A stretch of DNA of 64,000 nucleotides from Candidatus Latescibacterota bacterium (GTDB taxonomy: Bacteria > Latescibacterota > UBA2968 > UBA8231), in the NCBI GenBank assembly GCA_965206595.1, contig OZ242214.1:6368001-6432000 (forward strand), in the 5' to 3' direction. A program made the position numbers and the translations under genes. The notes below the pieces were generated by a model. It was not told the origin of the DNA and did not search any database. It was given only the letters and a program-made list of their open reading frames with translations. The number at the start of each line of letters is the position of its first letter. Positions within the stretch are counted from its first letter, which is position 1. Shown one piece after another: positions 59,321 to 64,000 of this stretch.

Positions 59321-60073
59321 TCAATCCCGAAGGCGGCGAAGCTTGTCGCGCAACGAGGCGGCGAGCTCGAATTTCTCTTCCTCTACCGCTGCCCGAAGAT
59401 CGGCATCGAGCCTCTCTCTCCGGCTCAAGGGCCGGTTCCCTTCCACTTCCTTTTCCCACTTTCTGAGAAACTGCAGTTCCTCGCATTCATCCTGGCCGGG
59501 TTCTCCCTGGGCCTCCAGGAGCTGCTCGATCTCTCCGATTCCCCCGCGAATCTCCTGCAGCGCATCCCCGTGCTCCTTCTCCTCGAGCAGCTGCAGGGCA
59601 CGTGCCTGGATTCGGTGCGTGGTTACGAAAACCCGGTACTGATCGGAAATCCGGCGGTCCTCTTCATGTTCGGCGTACTGCTGGCACATGTCGAGAATAC
59701 CGAGATTGTGCTCGGCGTCCTCCTCGGCCCGCTCGTATTCCTTGAGCTCGAAAAAGCTGATGCGCCGCCAGTAGTACTGCATCGCCTCCCGGCTCAGGGC
59801 CCAGCAGTCCTCCCGCGACAACGAGAAGCCGCGCTTGCCGCCGCCCCTGACCGCCTCCCGCAGCTTGCCCTGGTAATAGCTGAGAAGGGAGCGACTGTTG
59901 TGGGGCCGGGACCCGTCCGGACGATCCGTCCACTCCAGCTGCATCAGCCCAAGGTCGACGCGAATCTGGATCTTGCGTCTGCGGTCGCTCCCGTCAAGGG
60001 CGCGAACGATGAGTTCTCCCGGCTTGTAGTTCCAGGCCTCGAGTATGCTGCTGATGTCCTTGTCCCTGATCAC
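59321..60073 (-). CDS. UvrB/UvrC-motif-containing hypothetical protein
   Basis: KIQIRVDLGLMQLE..RPDG; C-terminal AVEEEKFELAASLRD UVR motif. Confidence 0.85.
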   Translation of the reverse strand: MIRDKDISSILEAWNYKPGELIVRALDGSDRRRKIQIRVDLGLMQLEWTDRPDGSRPHNSRSLLSYYQGKLREAVRGGGKRGFSLSREDCWALSREAMQYYWRRISFFELKEYERAEEDAEHNLGILDMCQQYAEHEEDRRISDQYRVFVTTHRIQARALQLLEEKEHGDALQEIRGGIGEIEQLLEAQGEPGQDECEELQFLRKWEKEVEGNRPLSRRERLDADLRAAVEEEKFELAASLRDKLRRLRD

Positions 60074-60180
60074 GTCGGGATTCGTTTCGGTGAAGCTGCC
60101 GGAGGAAGGGGGGGCGAAGGCAGGCAACGGATCGATTTTTGGCAAAAGGCCGGCCAGTATAGAGCCCCCCTGGCACCTTG

Positions 60181-61023
60181 TCAACTTCCAGGGGGAGATT
60201 CCGTCCCATCCGGGCCGGCCCGGATCTCCTCTACGATGGCCAGCAGTTCCTTCTCCAGGCTCGCGGTCGAGGGCTTGTCGAGGCGGTCTCGAATGACAGG
60301 AAGGGCCTGGTCGCCGACCATCACCAGCGAGGAGTGGGCTAGGGCCCTCTCACGAGGAGTGGTCTCTTCGGCGCGGCCCGGGCTCTCCACCTGGGTACCG
60401 AACATCGTGATCCGCGGCATACTCTCCCCGAACATTCCGGTGGCCAGACCCGGATCTCCGAACAGCTCCATCGGCCCGCGCAGCGAATCGCGAAGAGCGG
60501 CGAGGTCGGTCTCCTCACCGGTGAAGACCCCCTTGGGAGAGCGCCGTTCTTCCTGCAGCATCAGCACGTCGTAGTAGACCAGGGCATTGACGAGGATGTC
60601 CGCGGCCTCGGTTCCTCCGAGCTGCCCCAGCACCGGGATGGCCGCCATGCGCAACTCGACGTTGGGATCGTTCAGGGAGCGATCGAGCAGTTTCCCGATC
60701 GGCTTGACGGCGCTGCGGTCTCCGATCTTCCCGAGCGAGACCATGGCCGTCCCCTTGAGGGTGGTTCGCTGATCGTACTCACCCAGCACCCCGATCAGGG
60801 CCTGGACCGCGGCGGGCTCCCCGATTTCCCCGAGCACCTCCGCGGCCTTCCGGCGCGTCGCGTAGGGATAGTCCGGGCGCGAAACGATCTCAATCAGCTT
60901 GTCGAGCTTTTTCGTGTCTCCCGCTTCGTACGCCTTGTGCATGCGGGATACGTTGCTGCATGAAAGCAGAAAGCAGACCGCCGGGACGACGGCCAGCGAG
61001 GTTGTTGCTGGCAGCAAGCGCAT
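60181..61023 (-). CDS. HEAT (PBS-lyase-like) repeat lipoprotein
   Basis: LLSC lipobox; RRKAAEVLGEIG, AMVSLGKIGD, AIPVLGQLG. Confidence 0.85.
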   Translation of the reverse strand: MRLLPATTSLAVVPAVCFLLSCSNVSRMHKAYEAGDTKKLDKLIEIVSRPDYPYATRRKAAEVLGEIGEPAAVQALIGVLGEYDQRTTLKGTAMVSLGKIGDRSAVKPIGKLLDRSLNDPNVELRMAAIPVLGQLGGTEAADILVNALVYYDVLMLQEERRSPKGVFTGEETDLAALRDSLRGPMELFGDPGLATGMFGESMPRITMFGTQVESPGRAEETTPRERALAHSSLVMVGDQALPVIRDRLDKPSTASLEKELLAIVEEIRAGPDGTESPPGS

Positions 61024-61059
61024 CGGGGATATTCTCCCCCCCTTTCGGAGCATAGAATC

Positions 61060-61866
61060 GTGATGAACCAGACGTCTGTACACAATCGCCAACCCATTCC
61101 GGGAGTTAAAGATATGGTCGCGGTATCGAGCGGCAAGGGGGGCGTCGGCAAGTCGACGATCGCGACCAATCTCGCTGTCGCCATTGCCGCCGAGGGGGCC
61201 GCGGTGGGGCTGATCGACTCCGACATATACGGCCCCAACGTTCCGGAAATGCTCGGCCTCGAAGGCCGCCCGGCCGTCGACCCCGGAAGCAACCGGATCA
61301 GACCGGCAAGCGCGCACGGGATAAAGGTGATCTCCATGGGAATGCTGATCGATCCCGGAGTTCCCGTGATCTGGCGCGGGCCGATGCTGGCGAAAATGAT
61401 GAATCAGTTTCTCTTCCAGGTCGACTGGGGGGATATCGACGTCATGCTGCTGGACCTGCCCCCGGGAACCGGGGATGTGCAGATCACGCTGACCCAGATC
61501 GCGCCCCTCACCGGGGCCGTCATCGTCACAACTCCGTCGGAGATCGCGCTGGAAGACGTGCGCCGCGGGGTGCTGATGTTCCGCCAGACCGACGTTCCTC
61601 TGCTCGGACTGATCGAGAACATGTGCGAGTTCGCCTGCGATCACTGCGGCCATCGCACCAACCTGTTCGGCGAGGGAGGCGGCAGGAAGCTCGCCGCGGC
61701 CTTCGGCATCGACCTGTTGGCTCAGTTGCCTCTCGATCCCCGCGTAGGCCAGTGTTCCGATGAGGGAACCCCGTTCGCCGCGGCGTACCGAGACGACCCG
61801 ACGAGCGAGCTGTTTCGGAAGACCGCGAGGTCCCTCTTGGAACGCCTGGGGGAATCGAAGGTATAG
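61060..61866 (+). CDS. apbC: Mrp/NBP35 (ApbC) Fe-S carrier ATPase
   Basis: SGKGGVGKST, DIYGP, WRGPM, DLPPGTGD, IENM..CDHC. Confidence 0.95.
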   Translation: MMNQTSVHNRQPIPGVKDMVAVSSGKGGVGKSTIATNLAVAIAAEGAAVGLIDSDIYGPNVPEMLGLEGRPAVDPGSNRIRPASAHGIKVISMGMLIDPGVPVIWRGPMLAKMMNQFLFQVDWGDIDVMLLDLPPGTGDVQITLTQIAPLTGAVIVTTPSEIALEDVRRGVLMFRQTDVPLLGLIENMCEFACDHCGHRTNLFGEGGGRKLAAAFGIDLLAQLPLDPRVGQCSDEGTPFAAAYRDDPTSELFRKTARSLLERLGESKV

Positions 61867-61963
61867 CGGGGCGGGATGAAGGTAGCCCCGCCTGATTGTT
61901 CGCCTCGGGTCGCAGCCGGGCACATCAGACTTCTGCGCCCGATCACCGTGCAGATCGTCGGCT

Positions 61964-64000
61964 TCAGCGCACCCTGAACTCCGCCCGCCTCTCGGATTCG
62001 TTTCCGCACCGGTCCCGGGCGGCGACGCGCAGCACGTGCCTTCCCGGCTGCAGGTCCGCTTCGGGACGGTAGAGCAGCAGGCTGGCCTCCGGGTCGTACT
62101 CGAAAATCACCCCCATTCCATCGAGCTCCATGACGAGGTCGGTCTCGGCGCCGATCCCCGAACCGGAGTCGGCGACCCTGGCCGAGAGGAGGCCCGGGCT
62201 GCGCTCCAGAACGGCACCGCCGGGGGGGGTCAACCCGGAAACCGCCGGAGGGGTTTCGTCGGCCAGCACTGCGAACCGTCCGAGGTTCCTGACCCTGGCG
62301 CCGATCCGGGTCGATCCCCGGCTCAGCCGGTTGCCTGCGAATCCCCAGCCCCCCTTCCTCCCCTGCCTGTAGACGGCGAGCTTTCCGGGCTCACCGCCAT
62401 CCTCCGGAACGGGGAATGATACCTCGACATGCTTGTCGAAACTTGCCAGCACAGGTCCGAAGGCGTATCCGGGGCCGGTGCTCTTCAGCTCCTTCGTTCC
62501 GGACGCTGCGAATGGGGAGGCCTGGGGATAGACGGGTCCATAGGCGCTTGTCGCGGCGAAGCGGAGAGAAACGGCTCCCTGTGCGAACGCCAGGTCGACC
62601 GCTTCCCCCGGAACCGCAGGGCGCAGATTCAGCGGGATCTCGAGCCGCGCCGAGGGGCGGTCAGGAGGTGCCGCGACCAGCAGGGGGACGGGGCCTGCGG
62701 GAAGGCCCGAAGCGCCCAGAAGACCGGCTGCTGCTCCCCGCAGGGCGCGCAGGTCCGCTGTCAGCTCGAATTGTCGAGGGCCTTCCTGGCGCACACGGAG
62801 GGCCGCGGCGGGAACGGGCACCGGGCTCCGCGAGGCACCCGGGCCCTTTATTTCCAGCGCAACTGCAGGGGCCGCCGACAGGTGCGCGTCGCTGGTCAGA
62901 ACGACGGTGACGTACTCCCCGTGGGCCTGGACCGGCGCCGCGGTCAGCCGCGCCGATGCAGCCGGCTCCGCGGTGAGGAATACGGCGTCGCGACCGCCGT
63001 CGGGATCGCTTGCCGCCAGCTCCCAGACCGCCCCCGGACCCCCTCCCTCGAGCGCGAAGGAGTAGGGGCCCCGTCCCACCCGAACCTCCTGCCGCACAAC
63101 AGGCAGCGCCTTTCCGCCTTCCATCGGGGACAGCGATACGATGACGCGGTCGTCGTCGGCATCGGCGACCTCCATCTCGGCGAACCAGTGGTCGCCATCG
63201 ACGGCGAGAAGCCGCGGGTTGAGGATGGCGGGGCCGGCGTTTACCAGCAGCCGGCAGCGAGCCGCGGCCCTGTTGCCGGCGGCGTCGAACGACTCGATCT
63301 CCAGCAGGTGCGACCCCTTCCCCAGGACCGGTTCGGAACCGCTCCCCGGTTCGCCGCCGCACTGCAGTATCCCCGCTGCCTCCTCTTTCGGACGGTAGAA
63401 CGGCAGGCGGTTCCCCGGCAGGCGAAAGAGGTTGAAATAGGTGCGCAGGGCCCCGCCGGAGGGAATGCGGAAGCGGTCGAGGCGCATCTGGTAGCCATCG
63501 GAGTAAGAGACCGAGGCGTAACGCGCGGAAAACCGCTCGACCCCGTCGACGAGCAGGCGGTTGCCGAGAGGCGCGAGCTTGTTGGCCGCCCCGTCGGCGC
63601 GGTCGTACCCCTCGACGGCGATCCCGATCCTGCCGAAAACCCTCACCGGGCCGGGGGCCGCGAACCTGCCCGCTGCCGCATCCGGGCGCAACTCCACCGA
63701 AACGGGGTGGGAGCGTCCGTTCACGCGGCTTGCCCAGTCCATCGGCACCAGGGCGATCCGCTGCAGGGTCGGTGCCTTCGTGTCGGTTACGGAGTAGCCG
63801 TGGAGCAGCGGGTTGAGGGGGACGTTGCCGGCATTGCGAATCTCCAGATGCAGGTGGGGCGGTCCCGCCCCGCTTTGGCCGCTGCGGGCGATCACCTCCC
63901 CGCGCGCAACCGGAAGCTCCCCCTCCCCGAACCAGAGGTCCACGCTGTAGCTGCCCGCCTCCTGCTGCGCCGCACGAACCCGTTGCGCCAGCACCTTCGA
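61964..64000 (-). CDS. M23-family metallopeptidase, 5'-truncated by the window edge
   Basis: VARGEVIARSGQSGAGPPHLHLEIR..LNP; C-terminal Ig-like DETPP..DRCGN. Confidence 0.85.
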   Translation of the reverse strand, partial: SKVLAQRVRAAQQEAGSYSVDLWFGEGELPVARGEVIARSGQSGAGPPHLHLEIRNAGNVPLNPLLHGYSVTDTKAPTLQRIALVPMDWASRVNGRSHPVSVELRPDAAAGRFAAPGPVRVFGRIGIAVEGYDRADGAANKLAPLGNRLLVDGVERFSARYASVSYSDGYQMRLDRFRIPSGGALRTYFNLFRLPGNRLPFYRPKEEAAGILQCGGEPGSGSEPVLGKGSHLLEIESFDAAGNRAAARCRLLVNAGPAILNPRLLAVDGDHWFAEMEVADADDDRVIVSLSPMEGGKALPVVRQEVRVGRGPYSFALEGGGPGAVWELAASDPDGGRDAVFLTAEPAASARLTAAPVQAHGEYVTVVLTSDAHLSAAPAVALEIKGPGASRSPVPVPAAALRVRQEGPRQFELTADLRALRGAAAGLLGASGLPAGPVPLLVAAPPDRPSARLEIPLNLRPAVPGEAVDLAFAQGAVSLRFAATSAYGPVYPQASPFAASGTKELKSTGPGYAFGPVLASFDKHVEVSFPVPEDGGEPGKLAVYRQGRKGGWGFAGNRLSRGSTRIGARVRNLGRFAVLADETPPAVSGLTPPGGAVLERSPGLLSARVADSGSGIGAETDLVMELDGMGVIFEYDPEASLLLYRPEADLQPGRHVLRVAARDRCGNESERRAEFRVR

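Overview
High-GC bacterial chromosomal window. Gene content (FlgD/T9SS-like C-terminal domains, choice-of-anchor-D repeats, a 6S-Flavo-like RNA) suggests an FCB-group organism such as Ca. Latescibacterota; this is inference only. About 1-18.7 kb is an accessory, partly decaying region. It holds three tandem discoidin-like/FlgD-Ig paralogues plus a large predicted outer-membrane beta-barrel with Ca-binding-type repeats (three of the four genes frameshifted), two PQQ-type dehydrogenases, remnants of betaine-catabolism genes, an IS1380 element and a low-GC toxin-antitoxin islet. It ends at a gene cut off by a tmRNA-3'-end-like sequence followed by a terminator. From 18.9 kb on the window is mostly intact core genome: mazG, parA, two divergent sensor-less sigma54 activators, mreD-mrdA-rodA, mtnA, rsfS, a six-ASH-repeat surface protein preceded by a candidate short 6S RNA, a lone Mo-hydroxylase subunit, tRNA-Leu, secG, tpiA, pgk, an internally deleted pfkA, an M16 peptidase, tRNA-Met, a nucleotide-sugar operon, TolC, DksA/TraR, Mrp and an M23 peptidase. 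The best candidate for an undescribed system is the 1-8434 cluster: type-B-CTD-like surface proteins with an adjacent barrel. All family calls come from motif recognition, not database searches.
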